Source: an uncultured Roseiflexaceae bacterium (GTDB lineage Bacteria; Chloroflexota; Chloroflexia; Chloroflexales; Roseiflexaceae). From it: a stretch of DNA of 64,000 nucleotides. The notes under the pieces were generated by a model that saw only the letters and a program-made list of their open reading frames with translations, ran no database searches and was not told where the DNA came from. Where the stretch lies: positions 70,112 to 134,111 of the forward strand of contig CALJIC010000280.1 of assembly GCA_937974195.1 (NCBI GenBank). Reading direction: 5' to 3'. This document shows positions 50,497 through 59,672 of the stretch, one piece after another (positions within the stretch are counted from its first letter, which is position 1; each line of letters starts with the position of its first letter). The position numbers and the translations under genes are program-made.

Positions 50497-51618
50497 CTAC
50501 CCCCGCACCCAGGCCCGCCACTCGTCCGCGAGCTCCTCGAGCGGCTTGCCCAGCACCCCCTGGTAGTCCGCCGAGCCCGGCTCGCGGCTGGCGCTGCTGC
50601 GGTACAGCTCGTCCAGCTTCTCCATGCCGTAGCGTTCGACGAGGAAGTCGAAGAACGAGGCCCACAGCTCGTAGGCGTTGTTCGTGCCGTAGCCGGTGAT
50701 CTGCAGCAGGCGCAGCGGGCACCCGTTCGCCTCGATCTGGCGCGCGCGCTCCCTCCAGCTCGCGGCCCTGTAGCGCGCGAGCCAGAGCCGGCCGGTGATC
50801 CAGGTGGCCTGGCCCTCGAGCAGCAGCAGGTCGGCGCGCTTCTGGACGACGGGCCCGTAGCGGCGCGCCTGCAGGTGGTGGGCCAGCTCGTGCGCCGCCA
50901 CCATCACCGCGCGGTCGATGCTCCCGTGTGGCTGGTAGAACACCTCGGCCCGGCCCTCCTCTGTGTAGGCGATCCCGCGCGTGTCGGAGTCGGGGGCGCG
51001 CGCCGTCCGGTAGAACGCCAGCGAGATGCGCCGGTCGAGGGTGGTGCCGAAGCGCTCTTCGTTAAGGCGCAGCAGCTCCTCCAGCAGCGGCGCCACCTCG
51101 GCCACCTGCTCCGGGCTGAAGGTATGGATGCCGACGTAGATGTCCAGCCGCTCGGTCTGGGCGACGAGCGTCCCGGGCATCGGCGGGCCGTTGCCGCTGA
51201 TGCGCGGCGGGGCGGGGAGTGTGAGGCTGCCGCGCGGGCCGGCGAGGTTGACGATCGGCGGCGAGGGCGCTGCGGCGAGCTGCGGGGCGAGGTCCACCCC
51301 CCTGATGCTCGGGCCGATCGGAAGGGCGACGGTGAACGAACCGGCCGCCGGGCGCTGCTGGGGCAGCGTGGTGAAGGCTCGGTCGACCCTCCCTGGCGCG
51401 CGTGGGCTAGCGCCGATCGTATCGGGCGGGAGCGGCCCGGTGGCGGTGAGGTTGAGCGCGAAGGCAACGGAGACGATCAGCGCCAGGCACTGGGAGGCGA
51501 TGCGTGGCATGGCATCCAGCTCAAGGTCTGCGCAAACCGGTGCCCGGCGACGAGCCTGGTCGCCCGGACTCCCGAAAAACAGCGTTGAGGCATCGAACGT
51601 GCGCTGCCCTTGTACCAC
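50497..51618 (-). CDS. Secreted putative zinc metallopeptidase (HEXXH...E, MA-clan-like)
   Basis: Signal peptide region. Motifs are VMVAAHELAHHL (HEXXH) and a downstream LLEGQATW (candidate third ligand Glu). Confidence 0.45.
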   Translation of the reverse strand: MVQGQRTFDASTLFFGSPGDQARRRAPVCADLELDAMPRIASQCLALIVSVAFALNLTATGPLPPDTIGASPRAPGRVDRAFTTLPQQRPAAGSFTVALPIGPSIRGVDLAPQLAAAPSPPIVNLAGPRGSLTLPAPPRISGNGPPMPGTLVAQTERLDIYVGIHTFSPEQVAEVAPLLEELLRLNEERFGTTLDRRISLAFYRTARAPDSDTRGIAYTEEGRAEVFYQPHGSIDRAVMVAAHELAHHLQARRYGPVVQKRADLLLLEGQATWITGRLWLARYRAASWRERARQIEANGCPLRLLQITGYGTNNAYELWASFFDFLVERYGMEKLDELYRSSASREPGSADYQGVLGKPLEELADEWRAWVRG

Positions 51619-51851
51619 AGCACCTCGGAGCTGTCAAATCTCAATAGTACTTCCCGCGCACCCCGCGATGGGACTTCTGTAGCGCCGAAGTCAGCCGGAT
51701 CGGGTTACTCTGCGGCCTAGCCAGGACACGCCGCGCCTGCTACACTAGCCATCGTAGTCGGGATAGCGAAGCCGCGTCATCGCAACCCCAATCTCTCCTT
51801 CATCGCACCCACATCGCAGCCCACGCGGCCCATCTGTCCCGCAAAGCGTAA

Positions 51852-51909
51852 CTGCTCCCGCCGCTCTGTACCAGCGAACCTGGCGCAGAGCGGCGGGAGC
51901 AGTTCTTTT
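51852..51909. terminator. Strong intrinsic terminator-like hairpin (17-bp stem) with flanking A- and T-tracts, bidirectional
   Basis: aaaagaa-like stretch on one side. The stem is ctgctcccgccgctctg, an 18-nt loop, then cagagcggcgggagcag, followed by TTCTTTT. It lies 50 nt downstream of the stop of the minus-strand gene 51959..53005 and is also oriented for a plus-strand transcript. Confidence 0.5.
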
Positions 51910-51958
51910 CAGGCTGCAGAGCTAGCTCGCGCTCTGCCGCTTGCCGAGGAGGGTGCGC

Positions 51959-53005
51959 TCAGCGACTCGCGAGCAGCCCGCCGTGGCCCAGCTCCACGAT
52001 GTCGCGGCGGGTGACGCGCTCGCCGGCCAGCAGCCGCGGGAGCAGCAGGTCCACGATGTTGATGTCGCGCGAGCGGACGCACCCCGGCGCCCCGAGTACC
52101 GGCAGAGGGTCGCCCGGGCCATCGAGGTAGGCCAGGAGCAGCAGGTTGCCCGGCTCCACCGGCGCCCCGTAGTGCTCGATGTGCCCGCCGGCGGCGCGGA
52201 TCCCCTGCGGCGTCACGTCGTCGCGGTCCATGATCGAGGTCTCGCCGGCCACGATCAGCAGCCGCGCGCCAACGCTGCGCAGATCCTCGATGGCGGCCGC
52301 CACCGCGCGCTCATCCGGCGGGACGAAGCGCGTCGCGACGATTGTGGACCCGAGCGCGGTCACGCGGGCCTCGATCGCCGGGTAGACGCCCCGCTCGACG
52401 CGCCCGCGCGCCGCGGGGCTGCTGACCAGCAGCACCCCTACCGGCGTCGGCCGGAGCGGGCGCAGCCCGACCACGGAGCCGCGGGCGCGGGCGGTCTGCT
52501 CGGCGCGCGCCAGCTCCTCCTCGCGCACGGCGAAGGGGATGATCTTGATCGTCGCCACGCGCTGGCGCGCCCGCACGAGGGTGTGGTTCGCAAGTGTGGC
52601 GATCGTCAGGCCGTCGACGTCGTTGATCGCCAGCAGCGCCTCGGCGTCCACCTCCACGACCCCATCGGCCTCCGCCAGCAGATTGACGCGGCTGTGGACG
52701 GCCGGTGTGGCGATCACGCCCGGCCCGCACACCGCTTCGGCCAGCCGGCGCGCGGCCTCATCCTCGTGGACATCGCCGGGCTCGAGCACCGCCACGCGCA
52801 CCGTCTCGATCCCCAGCGCGCGCAGCTGCGCCACATTATCGGCGGTCAGCCGGCGCCCCTTGGACAGCAGCTTGTGCCCGGCGTGGTCGGCGAGATTATG
52901 GCGCAGGATATGGCCGATCGCCGCATCGATTGGAAGTGTCGCGAGGTACATGTTGCTCGGAATCCTCTGGGCGCACGCCCGCGCAGCCCGCTCAGCGCGG
53001 CGCAT
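51959..53005 (-). CDS. Molybdopterin-binding domain protein (MoeA/CinA-fold, partner of the MocA-like cytidylyltransferase)
   Basis: 348 aa. The C-terminal MoCF-biosynthesis-like segment reads LIVAGETS...GAPGCVRS..NIVDLLLPRLLAG. Its start overlaps the stop of the upstream MobA-like gene. Confidence 0.4.
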   Translation of the reverse strand: MRRAERAARACAQRIPSNMYLATLPIDAAIGHILRHNLADHAGHKLLSKGRRLTADNVAQLRALGIETVRVAVLEPGDVHEDEAARRLAEAVCGPGVIATPAVHSRVNLLAEADGVVEVDAEALLAINDVDGLTIATLANHTLVRARQRVATIKIIPFAVREEELARAEQTARARGSVVGLRPLRPTPVGVLLVSSPAARGRVERGVYPAIEARVTALGSTIVATRFVPPDERAVAAAIEDLRSVGARLLIVAGETSIMDRDDVTPQGIRAAGGHIEHYGAPVEPGNLLLLAYLDGPGDPLPVLGAPGCVRSRDINIVDLLLPRLLAGERVTRRDIVELGHGGLLASR

Positions 53006-53597
53006 CGGGCCGCAGGCGGGCGTACTCCTCGGGCGTGTCGATATCCGCCAGCGGGCGATCGTCGTCGAAGTGAACGGTCGCCACGCGGGCCGGATCGGCG
53101 GCGATCACCGCGCGGGCGCCCTGGTCCCCGCTGATGCCGAGCAGCTCGGGGAACAGCGCGCGCGCGAACAGCACCGGGTTGCCGCGCACCCCGCGGTAGA
53201 CCGGCGCGACGATCGCGGCGCCCGTGGCGCGCCACTCCTCGGCGATCCGGCGCACGATCGCAGCGGTGACGAACGGCTGGTCGGCGAGCAGCACGATCGC
53301 CGCATCCACCCGCTGGCCGAGGGCCGCGATCCCGGCCCGCAGCGACGCGCTCTGGCCGGCCGCGTAGTCGGGGCAGGGGACGATCGTCACCGGCAGCCCC
53401 GCCAGCGCCGCCGTGACCTCATCGGCGGCCGCGCCGACCACCACGAGCAGCGGGTCGAGCTGCGCCGCGAGCGCCTCCTCGGCGGCGGCTCGCACCAGCG
53501 GGCGGCCCCCCCAGTCCAGCAGCTGCTTCGGGCGGCCCATCCGCGAGGCGCTGCCCGCCGCGAGCATCACGCCAGCGACGATCTCCGTGCCTGCCAT
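52992..53597 (-). CDS. MobA-like NTP transferase (molybdenum cofactor cytidylyltransferase MocA-like)
   Basis: Start at MAGTEIVAGVMLAAGSASRMGRPKQLL (residue 13 of the track ORF); this is the nucleotidyltransferase G-rich loop. Followed by LLADQPFV. A candidate -10 (TATAAT on minus, about 53633-53638) lies upstream. Confidence 0.6.
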   Translation of the reverse strand: MAGTEIVAGVMLAAGSASRMGRPKQLLDWGGRPLVRAAAEEALAAQLDPLLVVVGAAADEVTAALAGLPVTIVPCPDYAAGQSASLRAGIAALGQRVDAAIVLLADQPFVTAAIVRRIAEEWRATGAAIVAPVYRGVRGNPVLFARALFPELLGISGDQGARAVIAADPARVATVHFDDDRPLADIDTPEEYARLRPDAPR

Positions 53598-53770
53598 ACG
53601 CGTGTCTCTCTCAAGCGCGGTGGGTAAGTGCATATTATACCGGCTCCGCGCTTTTCTGGCATCCCGCAGCGGTTTCTTCGCAAGAAAGAGGCCCGGAGAG
53701 ACTCCGTCCTCCAGGCCCCCTCTATTCCTCCGGCGGCGCGCCTCCTGTCAGAAGGCGCCCGCTCGCGCCG

Positions 53771-56023
53771 CTACCCCAGGAGCGCCACCGCGCTCGCCAG
53801 CGGCTGCTCGGCGACGCCCGGCAGCAGCGCCAGCACGCCCTGGGCCCGCAGCAGCACCGCCCGCTGCTGCTCGTCGGCGGCGGCGAGCCCGCGGTCCACC
53901 GCCTGCGCCACTGTGAGCGTGGCGCGCTCCTCCTCCGAGAGCAGCGCGGCCAGAACCGCGGCGCCCTCGGCCAGCAGCTCGCGCGCCGGGCCGAGCTCCA
54001 GCCCGGCTGCCGGCGCGGCCCCGCCCGCGCCGCCGTTCGTGTGGCCGTTCACTGGCGGCGCGATGCGATCCAGCAGGCGGCCGCCGATCTCGCGCATGGG
54101 CGCCGGGGCGTTCTGGATCACCCCGCCGATCCCGTCCGCCAGGCCCATGAGCCGCAGGATCTGCTGGGCGGTCTCGGGCGTGCCGTACAGCTTGAAGTCC
54201 ATCGCGGCCATCGCCTCGCCCATCGCGCGGGCCTGGGCCACGCCGATCTCGATCTGGGCCTGGAGGCGCAGCCGCTCCAGCTCCAGGCGCTGCGCCACGC
54301 CGTCGTTCGCCGCCAGCGCGTCGGCCATGGCGCGCTGCCCCTCGGCCTCTGCCAGGCCGCGGGCCTTGATCGCCTCGGCCTCTGCCAGGCCGCGGGCCTT
54401 GATCGCCTCGGCCTCCTCGCGGGCCGCGTCGGCCTTGGCCTTGATCACCTCGGCCTCGGCCAGGCCAGCGGCGGCGGTGGTGGCCCGCGCCGCCTCGGCG
54501 CGCAGCTTCTCGGCGTCGGCGGCGGCCTGGGCCTCGGTGCGGCGGGCCTCGGCGAGGCGGATCGAGGCGGTGGCCTCAGCCTCGGCCTTCTTGTTGAGCG
54601 CGGCCGCCTCGGCCTCGGCCTCCTGGATGCGGCGGAACGCCTCCAGCTCGATCTCGTTCTTCTTATTGATCATCTCGCGCTGCGCGTCGCGCTCGGCCTG
54701 GATGATCTGGATGCGGGCCTCGCGCTCGGCGGCGGCGGTCTCCTGCACCGTGAACACCTGCTGCTCGGCGGCCTCGCGCTCGGCGGCGATCGCCAGGCGC
54801 TGCTTCTCGGCCTCCTCGAGCTTCGCCTGCTGCAGCGCCAGCTGCACCTTGCGCTCCTGGTCGGCCACCTCGATCGCCTGCTGCTTGAGCACCTCGCTGC
54901 GCCGCACCTCGCGCTCGCGCTCCTGCTCGGCGAGCTGGATGGCCTGCTGCTTGCGCTGCTGCGCCAGCAGCACCGCCTGCTCCTTCTCCTGCTCGGCCTC
55001 GGCGATCGCGCGCTCCTTCATGACCCGCGCCAGCTCGGCGTTGCGCTGCTGCTCGAAGGTCGCCTGGTCGGCGGCGCTCTTCTCCTCGGCCTCGCGGATC
55101 AGGATCTCGCGCTGCTGAGTGGCCCTGGCCTGCGCCAGGTTCCGCTCCAGCGCCAGCTTCTCCTGCTCGACCTCGGCGTTACGGCGGGCGATCTCCAGCT
55201 CGGCGCTGCGCTCGATGGCGTTCTGCTCCTGCTGGGTAGCGGCGTTGCGGCGGGCGATCTCGAGCTGCTTCTGGCGCTCGATCTCGTTGCGCTCCTGCTC
55301 GGCGGCGGCGTTGCGGCGGGCGATCTCGTTCTGGGTCGTCTGGTCGATCTCGTTGCGCTCCTTGAGCGCGTTCTGGATCACCTGCGCGTTCGCCCGCGCC
55401 ACCTGGGCGCCGAACACGTCGTCTACGCCGAAGCTGCCCTGGCGCGCGGACTTGAGCGTCGTGAGCGAGACCGACTCGAGCACCAGGCCGTTCTCCGCCA
55501 GGTCGGAGCGCACCAGGTTCTGGACCCGCTCGACGAACTTCTCGCGCTCCTGGTGCAGGCTCATCAGCGTGAAGGTGGCCGCCACGTCGCGCAGCGCGCC
55601 CTCCAGCTTGCTCTCCACCAGCCGCTTGACGGTGTCGGCGTTGACCTGGCCGCCGCCGATCGTGCGCGCGGCGCGTTCGATGTCCTCCGCGACCGGGTTG
55701 ACCTTGATGTAGAAGATGGCCTTGATGTCCGCGTACTGCGGGTCGATCGTCAGCAGAGCGTTGGCCTCGGTGCGCTCGATGTCGATGTCCATCGTCCGCA
55801 GATCGACCCAGGTGATCTCGTGGAAGGCCGGGATGACCCAGTCGCCGCCGTTCACGATCACCTTCGGCTTGCCGCCGCCCGTCTTGACGAACGCCCGGTC
55901 GGCGGGCGCCTTGACGTAGAAGCGCGACACCATCGCGAAGAAGGCGACGAGGATGGCGACGAGCGAGCACAGGATGACGCCGATCACGACGCCGAGCTGT
56001 GGGACCCCGCCGATGTCGGGCAT
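53771..56023 (-). CDS. Flotillin/SPFH (band-7) family membrane scaffold protein with a long coiled-coil repeat region
   Basis: 750 aa. N-terminal TM segment, then SPFH core (FVKTGGGKPKVIVNGGDWVIPAFHEITWVDLRTMDIDIERT). Extensive EIARRNA...E/Q-rich heptad repeats. The C-terminal flotillin tail reads GLELGPARELLAEGAAVLAAL. Confidence 0.8.
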   Translation of the reverse strand: MPDIGGVPQLGVVIGVILCSLVAILVAFFAMVSRFYVKAPADRAFVKTGGGKPKVIVNGGDWVIPAFHEITWVDLRTMDIDIERTEANALLTIDPQYADIKAIFYIKVNPVAEDIERAARTIGGGQVNADTVKRLVESKLEGALRDVAATFTLMSLHQEREKFVERVQNLVRSDLAENGLVLESVSLTTLKSARQGSFGVDDVFGAQVARANAQVIQNALKERNEIDQTTQNEIARRNAAAEQERNEIERQKQLEIARRNAATQQEQNAIERSAELEIARRNAEVEQEKLALERNLAQARATQQREILIREAEEKSAADQATFEQQRNAELARVMKERAIAEAEQEKEQAVLLAQQRKQQAIQLAEQEREREVRRSEVLKQQAIEVADQERKVQLALQQAKLEEAEKQRLAIAAEREAAEQQVFTVQETAAAEREARIQIIQAERDAQREMINKKNEIELEAFRRIQEAEAEAAALNKKAEAEATASIRLAEARRTEAQAAADAEKLRAEAARATTAAAGLAEAEVIKAKADAAREEAEAIKARGLAEAEAIKARGLAEAEGQRAMADALAANDGVAQRLELERLRLQAQIEIGVAQARAMGEAMAAMDFKLYGTPETAQQILRLMGLADGIGGVIQNAPAPMREIGGRLLDRIAPPVNGHTNGGAGGAAPAAGLELGPARELLAEGAAVLAALLSEEERATLTVAQAVDRGLAAADEQQRAVLLRAQGVLALLPGVAEQPLASAVALLG
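54341..54406. repeat. Perfect 33-bp tandem duplication inside the flotillin gene (encodes AEAEAIKARGL x2)
   Basis: ctcggcctctgccaggccgcgggccttgatcgc occurs twice back-to-back, plus a partial third copy. Confidence 0.6.
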
Positions 56024-56136
56024 GGCTGCGATCCTTTCGTTTGGCTGGTTACAGAGCAGACGGCTGTGTGGGCATGGGGCTGTGCGGCGAAGCCGCGCGG
56101 CAGCTCCACACCGACAGTTATGCTGAGTTTATCGCC

Positions 56137-56802
56137 CTACTCGAGCGCGCGGACCAGGAAGCGCCGCTGCGCCTCGTCGTAGTCCAGCAGGGCGACCTCG
56201 GTGCGCTCGGGCAGCGGCTCGCCGGCCTGTATGACGGCGAACACCGTGTGCACGGTGCCGTGGGCGTCGCGCACCGCGACGCGGCCGTAGGTCGCGCTGA
56301 TGCTGTGGCTCACCACGGTGCCGACGCGCCCGACGAGCTGGCGGTGGCTGATGGCGGTGGTGCTGCGGGAGGCGACGCGCGCCAGCACCCGGCTGATCCG
56401 GCCGGTGAGCGGGACGGCGGCGACTGCGCTCAGCGCCAGCACGACCAGCAGGAGCGAGCCTGCGTTCCAGCCGAGGGAGTCGATCAGCGCGTTCAGCAGC
56501 AGCCCGAGCGCGCCGAAGCTGAGCAGAAACGCCATGAGCACCAGCATCAGCGGCAGCCGCCCGACGCCCAGCAGCGCTAGCGCGCCCTCAGTGAGCCCGG
56601 AGTGGCCCTCTGCGTCGGCGTCCGCGTCGGTGTCCGCGTCCACGTCGGCGTCGGCATCGGCATCGATATCGGCGTCCGCGTCGTGGTCGCCGAAGCCGGA
56701 CGCGATCTGGAGCACGGCGAGCGCCACGGCGCAGCCGAGCGAGACCAGGAACGGGATGTTGTGGCCGGCTAAGAGAAAGGCGAAGATGTTCATAGGAGTC
56801 AC
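56137..56802 (-). CDS. NfeD-family membrane protein (flotillin/stomatin-associated) with a D/A-rich low-complexity linker
   Basis: 221 aa. N-terminal TM helices, then DADADIDADADADVDADTDADADAEG, then a C-terminal OB-fold-like domain (GRVGTVVSHSI...GRVAVRDAHGTVHTV). Directly downstream of the flotillin gene. Confidence 0.65.
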   Translation of the reverse strand: MTPMNIFAFLLAGHNIPFLVSLGCAVALAVLQIASGFGDHDADADIDADADADVDADTDADADAEGHSGLTEGALALLGVGRLPLMLVLMAFLLSFGALGLLLNALIDSLGWNAGSLLLVVLALSAVAAVPLTGRISRVLARVASRSTTAISHRQLVGRVGTVVSHSISATYGRVAVRDAHGTVHTVFAVIQAGEPLPERTEVALLDYDEAQRRFLVRALE

Positions 56803-56958
56803 CTCGCACTGGATCTACGCTGCCAGCCGCTCCGGGTTGCGCCCACTATCGTAACGCTTGGCGGCGGCGCGAGGGAACGCGGAACGATGGCGGTTCGATC
56901 GCAAATTCCGAGCGCAGCCACCCCCGGCGGTGCGGGATCTTCGGGCGGGCCGGAGGGC

Positions 56959-56992
56959 GCAGAAAGCCGCCAGCCGAATTCCGGCTGGCGGC
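56959..56992 (-). terminator. Intrinsic terminator for the xdhC-like genes (11-bp stem, aattc loop, U-tract on the minus strand)
   Basis: gccgccagccg-aattc-cggctggcggc, preceded on the plus strand by gcagaaa (UUUCUGC on the minus transcript). Confidence 0.45.
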
Positions 56993-57040
56993 AGGTAGCT
57001 TCGCGGGCGCCCTCCACGCTGTGTTCGGGCAGGGATGGCG

Positions 57041-57772
57041 CTACTTCGTCAGCCCGTGGCGGCAGGCGACGACCTCGGCGATGATGCTGACCGCGATCTC
57101 CTCGGGGGTGCGGCCGCCGATCTTGAGGCCGATCGGCGCGTGCAGGCGGGCAAGCTGCTCCTCGGGCACGCCCGCGGCCCGCAGCCGCTCCAGGCGCGCG
57201 GCGTGCGTCTTCGGGCTGCCGAGCGCCCCGACGTAGCGCGCCGGGCTCGGCAGCGCGACCATGAGTGCCGGGTCGTCCAGCTTCGGGTCGTGTGTCAGCA
57301 GCACCACCATACTGTTGGAGTTGAGCCGCCCCGGCAGCACCTCGTCCGGCCAGGCGTGGATCAGCTCGTCGGCGTGGCTGAAGCGCTCGGGGGTGGCGAA
57401 CGCGCCGCGCGCATCTATCACCACCGTGCGGAAGCCGAGCGTCTTGGCGAAGGTGACGAGCGGGATGGCGATATGGACCGCGCCGACGATGAACATGGTC
57501 GGCGGGGGCGGGTAGGTCTCGACGAACACCTGCACCTCGCCGGCCGGCGTGGGGTAGACGCGCGTCTCGCTCTCGGCGCGCGCGAGCATCGCGAGCGCGT
57601 CGCGGGACACGTCGGCGTCGAGGGCCGCGTCGCCGAGCCCGCCGATCGCCGGAGCGTCGGGCCGCACCAGCAGCTTCGCGCCGACCTTCCCCGCGCCGCC
57701 CACCACCGTCGCCAGCGCCACCGGCTGCTCCGCCGCCAGCGCCTCTTTGAGCGTCTCGTAGATCGTAGTCAT
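57041..57772 (-). CDS. XdhC/CoxI-family protein, Rossmann-like C-terminal domain (molybdoenzyme maturation)
   Basis: 243 aa. Reads PVALATVVGGAGKVGAKLLV...MFIVGAVHIAIPLVTFAKTLGFRTVVIDARGAF. Confidence 0.7.
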   Translation of the reverse strand: MTTIYETLKEALAAEQPVALATVVGGAGKVGAKLLVRPDAPAIGGLGDAALDADVSRDALAMLARAESETRVYPTPAGEVQVFVETYPPPPTMFIVGAVHIAIPLVTFAKTLGFRTVVIDARGAFATPERFSHADELIHAWPDEVLPGRLNSNSMVVLLTHDPKLDDPALMVALPSPARYVGALGSPKTHAARLERLRAAGVPEEQLARLHAPIGLKIGGRTPEEIAVSIIAEVVACRHGLTK

Positions 57773-58020
57773 GGCGTTCCTCTCAGGGGCGGCCCCAGTG
57801 CAGCGTCCCCAGGCTGCCGCCCGTCAGCTCGACCGGGTCGCCGCCGCATGGGTGCCGCGTGCTCCGCTGCCGGCCGTCGGGGCCTGACGCAGCGATGGCC
57901 ACGCCGCTCGCATCTTCCGCGCACAGCGCGTGTTGACCCCTGCCGGCACTTCCTGAAAGAGCGCGCTGCTGTTCGTGGACGACAGCAGCGCGGGCGGGAT
58001 CGGGATGCGCGTGAAAGCCC

Positions 58021-58335
58021 CTACCAGTCGAGGGGCTCGACGAACACATCGATGATCCCGCCGCAGGCCAGCCCCACGTCCCAGGCGTCGTCGTCCGCGA
58101 CGCCGAAGTGGAGCAGGCGCGCCTCGCCGGTCGCGATCGCCTGCTGGCAGGCGTCGAACACAGCGCCCTCGATGCAGCCGCCGCTCACCGAGCCGGCCAT
58201 GCTGCCGCCGGAGGACACGGCCATCTTCGCGCCGACTCCGCGCGGCGCCGAGCCGAGCGTCTTCACCACCGTCGCGATCGCCACGCGCTCGCCGCGGGCG
58301 CGCCACTGCTCGATCGCAGGAATGACATCGTTCAT
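58021..58335 (-). CDS. XdhC N-terminal-domain protein (standalone)
   Basis: Start at MNDVIPAIEQW, which has an AGGAGC RBS. Reads RVAIATVVKTLGSAPRGVGAKMAV...SVSGGCIEGAV...GVADDDAWDVGLACGG. Confidence 0.65.
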   Translation of the reverse strand: MNDVIPAIEQWRARGERVAIATVVKTLGSAPRGVGAKMAVSSGGSMAGSVSGGCIEGAVFDACQQAIATGEARLLHFGVADDDAWDVGLACGGIIDVFVEPLDW

Positions 58336-59028
58336 CGGACTGCTCCTGTTCTCGGATCTGCCGGTGTGGCGGGGAGGCGGTGAGCCCCTCGCCGCGGCAA
58401 GTGGCATGGTAACACAAACGGGTGCCGTCTGAGGTGTGTGCGGGCGCCGCAGGCCGGCGGATGAACAACAGGCCATCTCCCCTTCCGCTGACCCCGGCGC
58501 GGGGCCGGCCGATCCAAACTTATGTTAGTTCGGCGGGCGTGGGCGCTGTGAAGAACGCATTCGGAAGAGCAGCGCGCCGCTCTTCCCGCGCCGCAGCCGC
58601 GCCCTTGTAAACAGACGTTTATGTGGGTCGTATGGGCGATTCATCCTATTTTCATTCGCAGGCCGCACAATAGCAATCGCCGTTAAGCCTACGTCAAGCA
58701 GTCTTTATGACTGTGTTAAGGGCGATGGACGGAGCACGCTGCCTGTGGGGCACGCGAGCAATCGCGCTCTTCTGTTTACGGAAGTGGAAAACGTGCAGCC
58801 CGATGCGCTAGATAGCGCGGCCCACGGCGGTCCAGCTGCTGCAGCGCTCGCGGAGGACGATCGACGGGAGCACTCTTCACCTGGCACTGCGCGGGCTTAT
58901 TGTGAACGCCGACCAGATCCAGGGCCGTAAGAACTGGGAGGTGAAACGGGCCGTGGGGCCGTGACGCATTGATTGACAGAAGATGAGGCCTGTTCGTCCG
59001 ACGACGATTTCCATGTGAGGAGGATACT

Positions 59029-59634
59029 GTGTCCGTCTCGATCACCCCAACACTGCTGACCAGCTTCTTCGTGCACCTCGCCGCCGACGTGGTCTCGATC
59101 GCGATCGTCGCGTACCTGATCTACTTCCGGCGCCACTCGCGGCGTGACCTGCTGATGGTCTATACCACGCTGAACATCGGGCTGTTCCTGGCGATGACCG
59201 TCATCGATCTGCAGGAGACGGCGATGGGCGTGGGCTTCGGTCTGTTCGCCATCCTGTCGATCGTCCGCCTCCGCAGCGAGGAGTTCAGCAACTCAGAGCT
59301 CGGCTACATCTTCGTCTCGCTGATCATCGCGCTGATCAACGCCCTGGGTATTACGGATGCTACCCCCGGACCGCTGGACGGGCTCTTCATCCTGGTGCTG
59401 AACCTGACGGCCATCCTGGCGGTGTACATCATGGACCACCCGCGGCTGCTGCGGCAGGTTGGGCGGCAGCAGATCATCCTGGACACCATCCACCCGAACG
59501 AGCAGAGCCTGCGCGCTGATCTCGAGAAGAGGCTGGGCGTGCGCGTGCTCGACTACGCCATCGCTCACATCGACTACGTGCGTGAGATAACGGTGCTCAA
59601 CGTGCGCTACGCTACCCAGCCCCAGCAGAGCTGA
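59029..59634 (+). CDS. Membrane protein, DUF4956-like (typically paired with VTC-domain proteins)
   Basis: GTG start with an AGGAGGA RBS. Four hydrophobic helices. Family assignment is from memory of the DUF4956 + VTC + CotH gene neighbourhood, not searched. Confidence 0.45.
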   Translation: MSVSITPTLLTSFFVHLAADVVSIAIVAYLIYFRRHSRRDLLMVYTTLNIGLFLAMTVIDLQETAMGVGFGLFAILSIVRLRSEEFSNSELGYIFVSLIIALINALGITDATPGPLDGLFILVLNLTAILAVYIMDHPRLLRQVGRQQIILDTIHPNEQSLRADLEKRLGVRVLDYAIAHIDYVREITVLNVRYATQPQQS

Positions 59635-59672
59635 ACCGGCGGCTACCACCGCAGTATCAGGAGGAAAGCATA

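Noticed and set aside
53628-56182. 496-aa and 713-aa plus-strand ORFs
   Set aside because: Antisense to the flotillin gene. Their Ala/Ser/Arg/Leu-rich repetitive translations simply mirror the coiled-coil repeat DNA.
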